A stretch of 64,000 nt of DNA from an uncultured Planctomycetota bacterium (GTDB lineage: Bacteria; Planctomycetota; Planctomycetia; Isosphaerales; Isosphaeraceae): contig CAWJTV010000002.1 of assembly GCA_963845755.1 (NCBI GenBank), positions 9,394-73,393 of the forward strand, written 5' to 3'. A model generated the notes under the pieces. It worked only from the letters and a program-made list of their open reading frames with translations, was not told where the DNA came from and ran no database searches. Each line of letters opens with the position of its first letter. Position 1 is the first letter of the stretch. A program made the translations under genes and the position numbers. Below, one piece after another: positions 10,588 through 22,094 of the stretch.

Positions 10588-12199
10588 GTGACGATGGTCG
10601 GCCTGGAAGGCGAATTGCCTGGCGGCGTAAGGGGTTGTAAGGGGTCTCACCAGGAGAGAGACGACGAACGCACGCCGAGGATCCTCGTGTGGAGGATCGA
10701 GCGGGGATCCCGGTGGAACTTCCGGCGACTCGGCCGGCGACTGTCGCGCCACGAAGACCTTTTTCGCGACGGCAGCAGGGGCCTCGGCCTGATCCAGGTG
10801 CTCGACGATGGAAAGACACGCCGGATCACGAGGGCGGCGGAACTGGCCCCACTCATCGCCGATCGCATCCCGATGCGTGTCGAGAAAGACGGCAAGGTCA
10901 AGTCCGAGATGCCCGGACGCCGCGATCCTGAACGCCGCCCTCCGGAGCGAGGTCTTCCTGGGCTGTTTCCGGCCGATTGACGGGATCATCCAGCGATCGA
11001 CCTACTTCGAGGATTTCACGCCGGCCCAGCCCGGCTACCACGATCGGGGAGCGGGCGGTCGGATCCTCCACGTAGGTCCTGCCCCCGACGTGGTCGGATC
11101 GCTCGAGACGATCAACCAGTTCCTCGATGTCATGGATTTCGCGACGAATGCCGATCGGACGAACACCGTTGCAGCGGCCCTGACGGTCCTCCTGCGGAAT
11201 CACTGGCCCGGCGAGAAGCCGATCGTGGTCATCACGGCGACGAGGAGTCACGCCGGCAAGGGGACGATCGCCGAGATGATCCGCGGGTGCACGGACAAGG
11301 CGGATATCCCCTACCAGAACGTGGACTGGCCGATGCAGTATCAGTTCCAGCGACAGGTCCGGATGAATCCCGACCTCAGCGTCGTCCTGTTCGACAACGT
11401 GCGACTGGACAGCGCCGGTGGACGGGGTAGGTTCATCCGCTCAGCTTTCATTGAGAGTTTCGTAATGAATCCGGAGCTCATCCTTGCATCGCCGGGCGCC
11501 GGGGATCCAATTGCGATGGTCAACCGGTTCGTGGCACTCCTGAACACCAATGATGGGAGCCTGAGCGAGGACCTCCACAACCGATCCCTGCCGATTCATC
11601 TGTCGCCCCGTGGGAGCATCCATGATCGCAAGTCGTCCATAGGTAACCCGAAGCTCGAATTCCTCCCCCAGAATCGGGATCGCATCGAGGCCGAACTCCG
11701 TGGCATGATCGAGCGGTGGCGACTGGCCGGGATGCCGCGGGACGAGACGGCCAATCATCCCATGACGCCTTGGGCTCGGACGGTCGGAGGCACCCTGATG
11801 GTCAACGGTTTCGCGGACTTCCTCGGCAACCGACAGCGTCGCAGGACGGCGGACAATCCGCTACACGAGGCCCTGGGCATCCTGGGGGCGTCCGCTGTGG
11901 GCAGCCCACTCCGGCCCTCGGAATGGGCTGCGAAGGCCGTCGAGCTGGGTCTCGCGAGGACCTTGTTCCTGGCCACGGAGCGAGACACCGAGAAGGGTCG
12001 AGAGCGGGCCATCGGCGTCACCCTGAGCCGATATCTCGAAGAGACGTTCGACGTACCGACCGAGACACAGGACCTCCGCCTGCGGCTGTCGGGCGGTAGC
12101 CGTCGCTGGACCCACGGTAGGAACCCGCATGTTCGCTATGTCTTTAGCCCGCTTGACGGGAACGAATCAGATACCAGTGTCAGAGAGTGCTCGTCCTGA
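10588..12199 (+). CDS. P-loop ATPase, SF3-helicase-like (frameshift near 10910)
   Basis: Walker A-like TRSHAGKGT, Walker B VVLFDN, motif C-like LLNTN, arginine-finger-like DLHNR. Confidence 0.6.
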
Positions 12200-12848
12200 G
12201 GGGAGGTCGCTGGAGACTGCCGATTCCGGGACAGCGCCGGCTCTGGAGGGCTCACCGGGCGGCGGTCGGGTGAGCCCCTCCCATCTTCCAAGCGAGCGAT
12301 TCGGTATCTCCGGACTTCGGTCGGCTCCGCTTGTTCGTTGTTCGAGAGTTGAGATCCGAACGACTCAACGGAGGAATCCCGGGCCGCAGGTCGCCCGTCG
12401 ATTTCGAAGAAGGCGCAGGGTGTCTACATGATCGAACTACGAGACTGTCCGTTCAATAGCCTTTGTCCGACCCGGTGATCCGCCTACCGGATAGTGTTCA
12501 TTGATTCATTGACGAAATCAATCGCCATCTCTCTATCTAACGGTATTGCACAAGTCTTCGACATCGGAAATGGCGACGAGGCAGACCAAGGGCTCATCGC
12601 GAGAGTTCCTTTGAATCCCTCCGCGAGGTATCGCAGCTCCATCCAAGCACCTATCCTAACGACATCTCGACTTCGGCACTGCCGGGTATCGCATCATCGC
12701 GAGCCATAACCTGACTCCCGATGCACGGCTACCTCCAATGCAGCCCTCAAACCATCGCCGAACAGCGGGTACTTGCAACGGCCGTTCGCATCTATATAAT
12801 CCTGTTCGTCCCTCCCGGATCTGCTGTCGGCGTCGTGGAACAATTGGC

Positions 12849-14471
12849 ATGAGCGAGTTCTTCAATCCATCCCGCGATCAAAAGGCCGTGGCGGCTTATT
12901 TCCTGGGATACCGGAGTCGTACACTATGGATATGGCATGAATTATTCTGGACTGGTTACTTCATTGATGTAAAGACCATCGACTGTGACTCCGGACTCGA
13001 GGACGGTCCATGGCTCGCGGCTGAGGAGATCGATCGGGCGCGGATCGTCTGTGGGAATGCCATAGCTCCGCACAATTACGTCGACATCCTAGACATTCTT
13101 CATTCGTTTCAACTTCTTCCGGAGAGCACGATCGAATCCTGGTGGAAGATGGATCCGAGTCAGCAAAGACTCCTCTCACAGTCAGATCCCCCGTACAAAG
13201 AGAAGTGGGAGAGGCTTCAAAATCTAGTCGAAACAGCGTTCGAATCCGAGAACATACTCACTCGCTATTGTCGGGTCGGCCTGGCTATTGGCGATTACGA
13301 GCTGGCCATGGAAAGAATTCCGGACTTACCTAAATCCATTGATCAAAATACTAACATGCCATGCTTGGCGGAGGCCGCGAAGGGGCTTCCGGCCGACGTG
13401 CTTCGAGACATGCCATTGCTTAGTAGGATCGTCGAACTGGAGCCGGTTTGGATCGCGGAGGGGCCGCAGACCTTCTTCGTTGCACTATTCAATGAACTAG
13501 ACAACATCAGGGGAGAGGTTCCGCGAGGGCTGGAACGATTCCCCCTCCAGTTCACTCTCTTACAGGCTCTCCAAGCAGAGATCTGTTCTGTCCTTGCAGG
13601 CACGCATGTGGAAGAGAATGGGGGAATGCCTCCGAAACAGAGACCGCCCACAGGACCCACCGGCAAAAGAGAGGCATCGACGAATCCCGAGGATTATGAA
13701 TTCGCATTTTGCCTTCATCAGGACCAGTGGCTTGTCGTCTATAGCTCTTCCGCGGGCAAGGAAAAAGGTCATTTCCCTATCAGAAAATCGTTTAATGGAT
13801 TCGCAATCATTAATTTCTTAATTAAAAATCAAGGGCAAGAGCAAGGGTTCTCTCCTGGGGAGATTGTCGAGGCCCTCGATCCGGGTCCCGATAGCTCGAC
13901 AAGGCGACGGAACGAAATGATCGCAAGCGAAATCGGAGGCAAGCGCCGAGACTGGTCGAAATTGAAGGTATTTGATCGCACAGGAATTCGTAATATAATC
14001 AACGCGCTGCGACAACTCCAGGAGGGATATCGGGAATATCTACAAAACCCGTCAGAGAACACGGCGATCGACCATGAGAAAGACTGCATAGAGTTACTTC
14101 AATGTATTCGAGGATCCTTGACGTATGGGACTCATACAAAGGTAGCCATTATCGATGAACTGCTACAATCGCCACTGTTAGAGGCGGATTTCTCGCGTCT
14201 GAACGAGATCGGTCCCGATGATCTCAAAGATCTCAACGAGGGGAAGAATCCTGTGGGGTCGGTGAGGAGCAGGGTGGGAAAAGCGATCACGGACGCGATC
14301 GATCGCATCGCTAAGAAAAGCATGCGCGAGACAGCGAAATATTTGGAATCTACAATTGTGAATCCAAACGGATCTTCTGGCGTTTCCTATGTTCCAGTTG
14401 GAAACGCCCCTCCGAAGTGGGTACTCGATCTTAAGGTCTCCGGGGGATCGGAGGACGTGCAACAAGTGTAA
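12849..14471 (+). CDS. Hypothetical protein, lower GC, C-terminal helical regulator-like domain
   Basis: 540-aa uninterrupted ORF; C-terminal VRSRVGKAITDAIDRI..YLESTI..SYVP resembles tails of ATPase-regulators. Confidence 0.65.
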   Translation: MSEFFNPSRDQKAVAAYFLGYRSRTLWIWHELFWTGYFIDVKTIDCDSGLEDGPWLAAEEIDRARIVCGNAIAPHNYVDILDILHSFQLLPESTIESWWKMDPSQQRLLSQSDPPYKEKWERLQNLVETAFESENILTRYCRVGLAIGDYELAMERIPDLPKSIDQNTNMPCLAEAAKGLPADVLRDMPLLSRIVELEPVWIAEGPQTFFVALFNELDNIRGEVPRGLERFPLQFTLLQALQAEICSVLAGTHVEENGGMPPKQRPPTGPTGKREASTNPEDYEFAFCLHQDQWLVVYSSSAGKEKGHFPIRKSFNGFAIINFLIKNQGQEQGFSPGEIVEALDPGPDSSTRRRNEMIASEIGGKRRDWSKLKVFDRTGIRNIINALRQLQEGYREYLQNPSENTAIDHEKDCIELLQCIRGSLTYGTHTKVAIIDELLQSPLLEADFSRLNEIGPDDLKDLNEGKNPVGSVRSRVGKAITDAIDRIAKKSMRETAKYLESTIVNPNGSSGVSYVPVGNAPPKWVLDLKVSGGSEDVQQV

Positions 14472-15444
14472 CGGGGGCCAAGCGCTCTCCCGAGACATTT
14501 TGACGTCCGCAGGAGTGAGCATCTTTCCTTGCAATCGAGAGGGTGGACACAGCACCCCCATATCGCACGCGGAGTCACCCTAGGTCGCCCTAACTGAACG
14601 GACGCGCAAGTCCCTGTCTGCGCGGACGTCCGTGTGGTTCTGTGGCATTCGCGGTGTGCGAGCTCACGCCGCGGCATAGATCACATCCGGTATCGCCACG
14701 ACATACCCCCACGACGTCTTCGCTCCCCCGAACCGGCGCGGATTCGCCCGACCTATCATCATGTTGTCTCCCTGACCCTCGGTAACGTCGCCCATACCGT
14801 CGCCGTCCCCCCCTTGTCGCAGCCGGCGCGAGCCGGGCCGCCTTGGAAGGTTCCACATCTCCGCCAAACTCCGTTACACCAAGACGCTATCAAGGAAGGT
14901 AACAAAGCTACCCAGAATGTCGCACCGTGCTTGAGAGGAAGATCGTGGCGACGGGGGCCATCGAAAACTGGGACTGGACTAAAGCGGGTAGTACGAGCCT
15001 CACGAACAGGATTTCGGCAATTACCCGGCCAAATCATCGAGGGTAGCAAAGTGAGCCGAGAAGTTGCGCCTATTCCATAGACGGAGGTCGCGGCGATGGC
15101 CGCCGCCGCGAAGCAGGGCAAGTCAACGATCCGCAAGAGAGAGAGTTTTCGATTGCAGAGTTCCGTGGCGAGTCGTCCAGTTAATGGTGGAGGCGATGAC
15201 GGTCACCGCCACGGGAAGCACCAACTGAACCTTCGGGAATATCCTCGCCACACCTTGCAGGAACTTTGCAATGAGATGTCGATCAGCAATGTGGCGATGG
15301 TGACGTCCACAACCTCGAGGGAGGGTAAATGATCCAGCAGCTCCCATCGCCATCTCCCGAAAAAAAATTTTCCGAGGGAATTTCGGCTCTGGGATGTCGA
15401 TTCGTAGGGGCGATGATGACGGCCGCAACCATGAAGGAGGGGAT

Positions 15445-15675
15445 ATGAGCCAACAGCTCACAGTGACTGATGCCGCAGACGAACTCTCGGCCCAGGCCGG
15501 CGAGATGATCCGGCCTCGCGACATCAGTGACCTTCTCTACAAGAGGATCCTGGACGTCAATCGATGCCCGATTGTCGGGGATCGCCGCATGATTCCGCGC
15601 GACTACCTGCCCACGGTGCTGGAGGTCCTCCGGATGCGCGGGCTGATCACCCCCGGCGAGGAGGAGCCCAGTTGA
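15445..15675 (+). CDS. Small HTH / excisionase-like protein
   Basis: AAGGAGG RBS; LTVTDAADEL..RCPIVGDRRMIP winged-helix-like pattern; 76 aa. Confidence 0.65.
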   Translation: MSQQLTVTDAADELSAQAGEMIRPRDISDLLYKRILDVNRCPIVGDRRMIPRDYLPTVLEVLRMRGLITPGEEEPS

Positions 15676-15974
15676 TTGATCCATTACTCGAAGAGCTGAT
15701 TACGCCCAAGGAGGCGACGCGGTACTACCCGCGGAACTCGAAGGGGAGGAAGGTCCACGTGGCAAAAGTTTATCGCGACATGCAAGTCGGCCAGCGAGGG
15801 CTGAAACTTGAGTCGCTCCGTACGCCCCGTCTCGCGACCTCGAGACAAGCGATTGCGAGATTCTTCTCGCGCCTCAGCCTCGGGGCCGCACAGGAGTCGC
15901 CGACGTTGACCGAACGGGCTCGGTCTCGAAATGAAGAGACGATCGAGCGCGAACTCGATCGTCTCGGGATCTGA
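15672..15974 (+). CDS. DUF1580-family (excisionase-like wHTH) protein
   Basis: ELITPKEA..KVHVAKVYR..GLKLES..TSRQAIARF..ELDRLGI pattern; start overlaps the previous stop. Confidence 0.7.
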   Translation: MIDPLLEELITPKEATRYYPRNSKGRKVHVAKVYRDMQVGQRGLKLESLRTPRLATSRQAIARFFSRLSLGAAQESPTLTERARSRNEETIERELDRLGI

Positions 15975-16021
15975 TGTCAAGACGGTCGCCACCCCGCGAA
16001 GAGTGAACCGACCAACCTAAC

Positions 16022-16291
16022 ATGGAGATCAACGACTTGAACAGTCCAATTGTACACATGCAGGTCAACTCTGACAAGGTCCTCCGCATCCAGATCATGT
16101 CGCTACTTCGTCGGACCGGAACCATCGTCCGGGCCTGGCACGACGCAAGGACGTCGTCGGCTGAAGACGAGGACGACCTCCACGATACTCCCCACGTCGA
16201 CAATCCATTGCTCGACATCATGACCCCCGCCCAGGTCAGCTCCTGGTACCGCAGCCAGATGAGCGTCTTCGAGCCGAGGGCGGCAGGTTGA
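16022..16291 (+). CDS. Hypothetical protein
   Basis: 89-aa ORF co-oriented within the element gene run. Confidence 0.35.
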   Translation: MEINDLNSPIVHMQVNSDKVLRIQIMSLLRRTGTIVRAWHDARTSSAEDEDDLHDTPHVDNPLLDIMTPAQVSSWYRSQMSVFEPRAAG

Positions 16292-16480
16292 GTCACCGCA
16301 ATTGGTCCGATCATGGGCTGCCGGGACGGCCCCTGGGCAGGTTCCGGCAGCTCGTTGTAAATGTGTCGCCTGACAGACCGCATGGCCGTTGCATTCGCTT
16401 TCGGGTGGGGCGATCTCAATGCCTACCTTGGGCAAGATCACGACGTTCGACCATCAAGACGGAGCATCAAGGAGCATACC

Positions 16481-17326
16481 ATGACGCGGCCGCTCATTTG
16501 TCGGGATCGTCTGACGCCGGCTGAACAGCGCGAGCTCGAGCGTTGCGCGCACTGGGGCATCAGCCTCCAGACGCTCGACGAGGACAGCAGAGACATGGTC
16601 AACGGCGTCGAGATCCCGATCCTCGGTCAGGATGTGGAGCTCGCGCTGGAGTATTCGATCAGAGCAGCCAGCCGGATGCTCGAGCATCCCGATCCCGCCC
16701 AGCGATGGCAACACGACGTAGCCTTTTTCGCTGTCGGCCGGCTGCTTGCCATCGTCCGCATCGGTCCCGACGGCCCAGTCGTGACGAGGTTCGACCCGAT
16801 CACCCTGCCATCGATCGTGACCGGCATCCCGGGATCGCGACGAGGCCGAAGGCCCTGCATCTACTGGGTTGACGGATCACTCGAGGCGACCAGTTACGGC
16901 GTGGGTACACCGATCGCCGGCCGGGATCCGGCCATCCTGATCGATGAGCTGGTCGGGGCAATGTGCGAGAAGTTGCGTCATCCTGACGCGGACCATAGAC
17001 AGACCGAGGACGTGATAATCACGCATCGTGGACAGATCCTCGCGGCGATCCGGTCGACGGCCTCGGGCCCCGTCGTCACGCGGTTCGATCAGACCGACTC
17101 GTCGGCCGGCAGCCTGGCCGATCCGCCAGATGGCCCCGAACCGTCCACTGTCCCCTTTGGTGCCGGCGGCCAGGACCGGATGCGCCGGTCCACCGTCGGA
17201 CGATCCCCACCTTCCGACGATGAGGAACAGCGCATTGAACCCAACACCATTACGCGCCACCGGGCCGGAAGCTCGGCCTCGCGGACATCGAAACCGCCGG
17301 TAGTGGACTGCCCTCCCGTCTCGTGA
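16481..17326 (+). CDS. Hypothetical protein with duplicated ~80-aa domain (3' end uncertain)
   Basis: AAGGAG RBS; HPD...DV..G.LA.R...GPVVTRFD occurs twice. Confidence 0.6.
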   Translation: MTRPLICRDRLTPAEQRELERCAHWGISLQTLDEDSRDMVNGVEIPILGQDVELALEYSIRAASRMLEHPDPAQRWQHDVAFFAVGRLLAIVRIGPDGPVVTRFDPITLPSIVTGIPGSRRGRRPCIYWVDGSLEATSYGVGTPIAGRDPAILIDELVGAMCEKLRHPDADHRQTEDVIITHRGQILAAIRSTASGPVVTRFDQTDSSAGSLADPPDGPEPSTVPFGAGGQDRMRRSTVGRSPPSDDEEQRIEPNTITRHRAGSSASRTSKPPVVDCPPVS

Positions 17327-18132
17327 TCTTCGGGACGGAAGGCATCGGCAAATCTAGTTTCGGGGCCGCGGCCCCGAAACCCGTCTTTCTGATGACTCAG
17401 AACGAGACGGGGCTCTTGACGCTACTGGACGCCGGCCGCATCCCGCCGACGCCCCATTTTCCGGAGGTCACGACATGGTCCGAGTTGCTCGACGCCATCG
17501 CCGTGCTGAACGACCAGACGCACGACTACCGGACGCTGGTCATCGACACCGTGAACGGGGCCGAGCGACTCTGTCATCAGCATGTCTGCAGGCGAGACTA
17601 CGGAGGTCGCTGGGGTCGGGATGGATTCACGTCGTTCAACCAGGGCTACGACGTGGCCCTGGCGGACTGGCAGGAGTTCCTCCATCGAGTCGATCGTCTG
17701 AGGGCCGTCAAGCGGATGGGCATCATCACGCTGGCCCACAGCCGGATCGCGACGTACCGGAACCCCGAGGGTGCCGACTACGACCGGTTCGTGCCCGACC
17801 TCCATGCCAAGACCTGGGCGCTGACACACAAGTGGGCCGACGCCGTCCTTTTTCTTAACTACGAGACCTTCGTCGACTCCGACCGCGCCGACCTCAAGGG
17901 CAAGGGCAAGGGCGGGAGCCGACGCAAGATCTACACGCAGCGGACCGCGGCGTTCGACGCGAAGAATCGCCATGGTCTGCCCGCAGAAATCGACGGCGGC
18001 CGCAGTGCCGCCGAGGCCTGGCTCCACCTGGCCACCGCGATGAAAACGGCCAAAATGGCCACCCCGACAACCTCCGATTCCGCGACCGTCGCGGACGTCC
18101 TCATCAACGACTCGAACCCTGTTACGGAGTGA
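17323..18132 (+). CDS. AAA_24 / Sak4-like recombination ATPase (true start probably near 17220)
   Basis: GTEGIGKS Walker A, TLVIDT Walker B, LAHS, WADAVLF, AKNRHGLP motifs. Confidence 0.85.
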   Translation: MIFGTEGIGKSSFGAAAPKPVFLMTQNETGLLTLLDAGRIPPTPHFPEVTTWSELLDAIAVLNDQTHDYRTLVIDTVNGAERLCHQHVCRRDYGGRWGRDGFTSFNQGYDVALADWQEFLHRVDRLRAVKRMGIITLAHSRIATYRNPEGADYDRFVPDLHAKTWALTHKWADAVLFLNYETFVDSDRADLKGKGKGGSRRKIYTQRTAAFDAKNRHGLPAEIDGGRSAAEAWLHLATAMKTAKMATPTTSDSATVADVLINDSNPVTE

Positions 18133-18650
18133 TCCCTTCCATGTCGATCGACCCTGGCAAGTACCGCGGCCGAATCCGCGACTACGGCGTGGAGCAGTCC
18201 CAGGCCGGCCAGCAGCATCCGACGGTGTTCCTCAACTTCGAGATCGTCGGTCAATACGACCCGACGACCGGCGAACTCCTGTCCTGTCCGACGGCCAGCC
18301 GAACCTATCGCAAGGCGATCACGCCGAAGACGATCGGCTGGCTGCTCGCCGACCTCAAGGCGATCGGCTACGACAAGCCGGGCCTGGAGTACCTCGATCC
18401 CGAGACTCCTGGTGCCATCGACCTCTTCGACCACGAAATCGATGTAGTCTGCGAGCACGATACCTACGAGGGCCAGACTCGCGAGCGGTGGTCGATCCAT
18501 CGCGAGCGCACCCGCGAGCGGGTCCGCCGCGACGTCCTGGCCAGCCTGGACGCCCAGTACAGCGACCAGATCCGGCGAGTCCTGGGCGCCGACGCGGGTG
18601 ATGTGAACCCGCCGCCGGTCGCTGAGATCAACAACGACAATCCCATCTGA
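18129..18650 (+). CDS. Putative single-stranded DNA-binding protein (DUF669-like)
   Basis: PGKYRGRI N-terminus, beta-rich core, acidic tail ending NDNPI; overlaps the Sak4-like gene stop. Confidence 0.6.
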   Translation: MIPSMSIDPGKYRGRIRDYGVEQSQAGQQHPTVFLNFEIVGQYDPTTGELLSCPTASRTYRKAITPKTIGWLLADLKAIGYDKPGLEYLDPETPGAIDLFDHEIDVVCEHDTYEGQTRERWSIHRERTRERVRRDVLASLDAQYSDQIRRVLGADAGDVNPPPVAEINNDNPI

Positions 18651-18675
18651 TCCTACTCATCGATGCAGATAGGTA

Positions 18676-18708
18676 ATGCCAGGCCGGGCGACTCGTCCGG
18701 CCTGGCAT
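18676..18708. other. 15-bp GC-rich hairpin between the SSB-like and primase genes
   Basis: ATGCCAGGCCGGGCG-ACT-CGTCCGGCCTGGCAT; no U-tract. Confidence 0.55.
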
Positions 18709-18727
18709 CACTTGTCTGCACAACTCC

Positions 18728-21408
18728 TTGGAGCATTCTCCCTTGAGACGCCCAGCAAAGTACGTGACGCTCGTCAACAAGTTGAAGGAGCGTGACGAGG
18801 TTCGGTGGACCGGTAAAGAGTGGCGAACTCGCTGCCCAGCCCATGACGATTACGGACCGAGCCTTTGCGTCAAGCTCTTGCCCGACGACTCCAATACGCT
18901 GATCCACTGCAGCGCCGGCTGCAAGACTGAGTCCATCGTCGCCGAGGTCGGCCTGACGATGGCCTGCCTCTTCCATGACGACGACGAGCTCGTTGAGGTC
19001 GATGAGGACTTCGAGATCGTCAACCAGGCGCCGCGAGCCCCCAGAACCGTCGAACCGCCTCCGGAGACCAAATCTCGGGGCGACGGGCCCGACCGCGTTA
19101 CGGAGCTCGCCAAGCCGGCGGATGCCGACCTGTGCGACCAGGTCTATGGCAAGCTGCTGGCTGGCCTGAGCCTCGCCGATGCCCATCGCCAGGATCTCCA
19201 GCGGCGTGGGCTGAGCGACGAACAGATCGGCCGCCGCTGCTATCGAAGCCTCGGAAAGTACGAGATCCGCCAGGCCATGGGCCGGCTCAAGCAGGAGCTC
19301 GATAACGCGAGCCTGGAGCGCGTGCCTGGGGTCCGGATCCGCAACGGTCGATTGCAGTTCTCCGACCGCGAGGGCCTGCTGGTGCCGGTCCGCGATGCCC
19401 AGAACCGGATCGTCGCCCTGAAGCTCCGCGCCGACGAGTCGAGCGGCGGGGCCAAGTACACCTGGATCTCCAGCTCCGATCAGGGCGGCCCCTCGCCCGG
19501 CTCGCCGCCGCACGTCCCGCTCGGCATGCCGGCCCGCGCCGAGGTCGTCCGGGTGACCGAGGGCGAGCTGAAGGCCGACATCGCCTTCGCGCGCTCGGGC
19601 ATGCCGACGATCGGCGTCCCGGGCGTCGATCAGTGGAAGTCGTGTCTCCCGATCCTCGAGGCCATGGGCGCGAGGATCGTCCACGTCGCGTTCGACATGG
19701 ACGCCCAGACCAAGCCGGGCGTGGCGGCGGCCCTCGCCGCGTGCGTGAGGGAGCTGATCCGTCTGAAGTACGAGGTCCGCCTCGAGACCTGGGAACAGGG
19801 AGATGGCAAGGGGATCGACGACCTGCTCGCCGCCGGCAAGCAGCCCGCGATCGTGACCGGCCAGGAGGTCCTCGCCAGGATCGAGGAGATCGGCACCTCG
19901 GCCGCGGGCCAGCCCGACGACGATGCCGACGACGGGTGGTTTCCTCAGGATCCCGCCGACGAGGTCGCCCCCTTCCCGGTTGATTGCCTGCCGGCCCCCC
20001 TTCGCCAGTTCGCTACCGAGGCGGCCCGGGCTCTGCAATGTCCGGTCAACTTCCTCGGCGTGACCATGCTGGCCGTGGCATCGGCGGCCATCGGCAACAC
20101 CAGGCGGCTCAGGATTCGACGCGGCTACGAGGAGGGCGCGCGAATCTACGCCGCCATCGTGGCGGCGGCCGGCTCGGTCAAGTCGCCGGCCCTGCGCCTG
20201 GTCTGTGACCCGGTCTACGAGCAGCAGAGGCGCCTGATGGCGGGCTACCACGAGGCTCGTCTGCGGTACGTGGCCGACATGGAGGGGTTCGAGCACCGGC
20301 GGCGTCTTGCGTTGAAAACCAAGGACCCGTTGCCGCCGGGATTCGAAAGGCCGACCAAGCCGGTAATGGGCCACGTGTACGTCGAGAATGCGACCGTCGA
20401 ATCGCTGGCCCAGGTCCTGTCCCAGGCTCCGCGGGTGTCCTGATGATCCGCGACGAGCTGACCGGCTGGGTGCTGTCGCTCAACCAGTACCGGTCCGGGC
20501 GAGGGGCGGACCGGCAAGTCTTCCTCTCGTTCTGGTCGGGCGAGCCGACGAAGATCGACCGCAAGGGCGAGCTCGACGAGCCGCTGATCGTCACCGACCC
20601 GTTCGTCTCCGTCATCGGCTGCATCCCCCCGGCCAAGCTCGCCGCCCTCGACGACGGCAATGACGGCGAGGACGGCTTCATGCATCGGATCCTCTCCTCG
20701 TTTCCCCGGCCGGTCAGGGGACGCTACTGGACCTGGGAGGGGATCAGGCCCGAGACCCGCAAGCTCTGGAGCAACGCCGTCGAGGCACTGTACGGCCTGG
20801 AGATGGATCGGGACGAGATGGACTTCCCGACGTCGCGGATTCTCGACCTGGCGCCCGAGGCCTGCCAGCCATGGGAGGCGTGGTACAACGAACACGTCGC
20901 GGAGACCGAGCAACCCGATTTTCCGGACTACCTCGTCGGCCCGTGGTCCAAGCTCGTGGCCTATGCGGCGCGTCTGGCCCTGATCGTCCACCTGCTGCGG
21001 GCCGCCTGCGGGGAGCGGCTCCGCGATGAGGTGGACACCGAGAGCCTCGATCGGGCCTTCCGGCTCATCGCCTACTTCAAGTCCCACGCCCGGGCCGTCT
21101 ACGCCCACCTGCGGCTCCCGAAGAAGCTGGGCCCGATCCAGAAGGTGATCTCCTGGATCCGCGGGCACAACAAGACCGAGTTCCACACGAGCGAACTGGC
21201 CCGCAGCCAGGTGGCCGGCATCCGGAGCCGGAGCGAGGCCGAGGCGATCATGAAGGAGCTGGCCGACCTGGGCTATGGCCGGCTGGAGGAACGCCGAGCG
21301 AAGAACAACCGGAAGGTGACCTGGTTCGTCACCCGGCCGGTCCAGTTGGGTCGAGTTGGGTCCAGTTGGGCAGAGCCACCCAACTCGCCGAATTCCGCAA
21401 GTGCCTGA
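18728..21408 (+). CDS. Primase-helicase: Zn finger + TOPRIM (DUF3854) + DUF3987/YfjI ATPase + wHTH (frameshift near 20435)
   Basis: CPAHDD..CSAGC; VTEGELKAD, AFDMD, KGIDD; AGSVKSP, RDEL, DGFMHR. Confidence 0.85.
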
Positions 21409-22005
21409 ATTCCAATGGTTTAGAATTGACACCTCGGTCCAGTTGGGAAATTGGGTCGCTCCAGAAGGAAAGGAAGATGGGGAGCTACCGGGACGGCCTT
21501 ACCGGCCCCCTCCTGGGTATGAAGGGTATATACCTGGGGAATAAGGTATATATAAGGGGTTTTGAGATAATATAAAGTATTATTTATATTATAAATAATA
21601 TAATATACTATCTCTACCAGATTACACCCCTGCAGGCGGTCTACAAGTAGGGAACGAACTGCACGCTTTTTCCCTGCAATCGCCCAATTTCCCAACTGGA
21701 CAAGGAGACAAGACGCAAGTCATTGAATTTATTGGACTTACGTAGTTCACTCCAGTTGGGTAGGCAGCCCAACTGGACCCAACTTGCCCGATTGGCGCCC
21801 GGAACCGCCGACCAGGGCGGACGATGCCTGGTTACCCCCTGCAGGCGGCGTACCGCCCCGGAACTGGACTCTTTTCCCCCTGGAATTACCCAATTTCCCA
21901 ACTGGACACGGATTTACTGTGTAAACCATTGGCTCAATTGTAGTTGCGGGAATCGGTCCGGTTGGGTGGGTAGCCCAACTGGACCCGATTCGCCTGACTG
22001 GCAAC
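21341..22005. other. Putative replication origin (iterons around an AT-rich core)
   Basis: Multiple TCCAGTTGGG/CCCAACTGGA copies; 19-bp CCCAATTTCCCAACTGGAC at 21683 and 21889 and inverted at 21437; very AT-rich 21525-21612. Confidence 0.75.
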
Positions 22006-22094
22006 CGGGACCGGCGACCGGGTCGGACGTGGCCTGTGGTCCTGGCCGCGGGCGAGATCTATCCTGTCCCATATCATTCGACGAGGAAGCTATC

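Noticed and set aside
18653..20374. Long antisense ORFs (also 33464-35239, 47862-49319, 57477-58736)
   Set aside because: Shadow ORFs of high-GC3 genes on the opposite strand, with no motifs.
21341..22005. CRISPR array or tandem ncRNA array
   Set aside because: Repeats are short, in both orientations and lack regular unique spacers; no cas genes.
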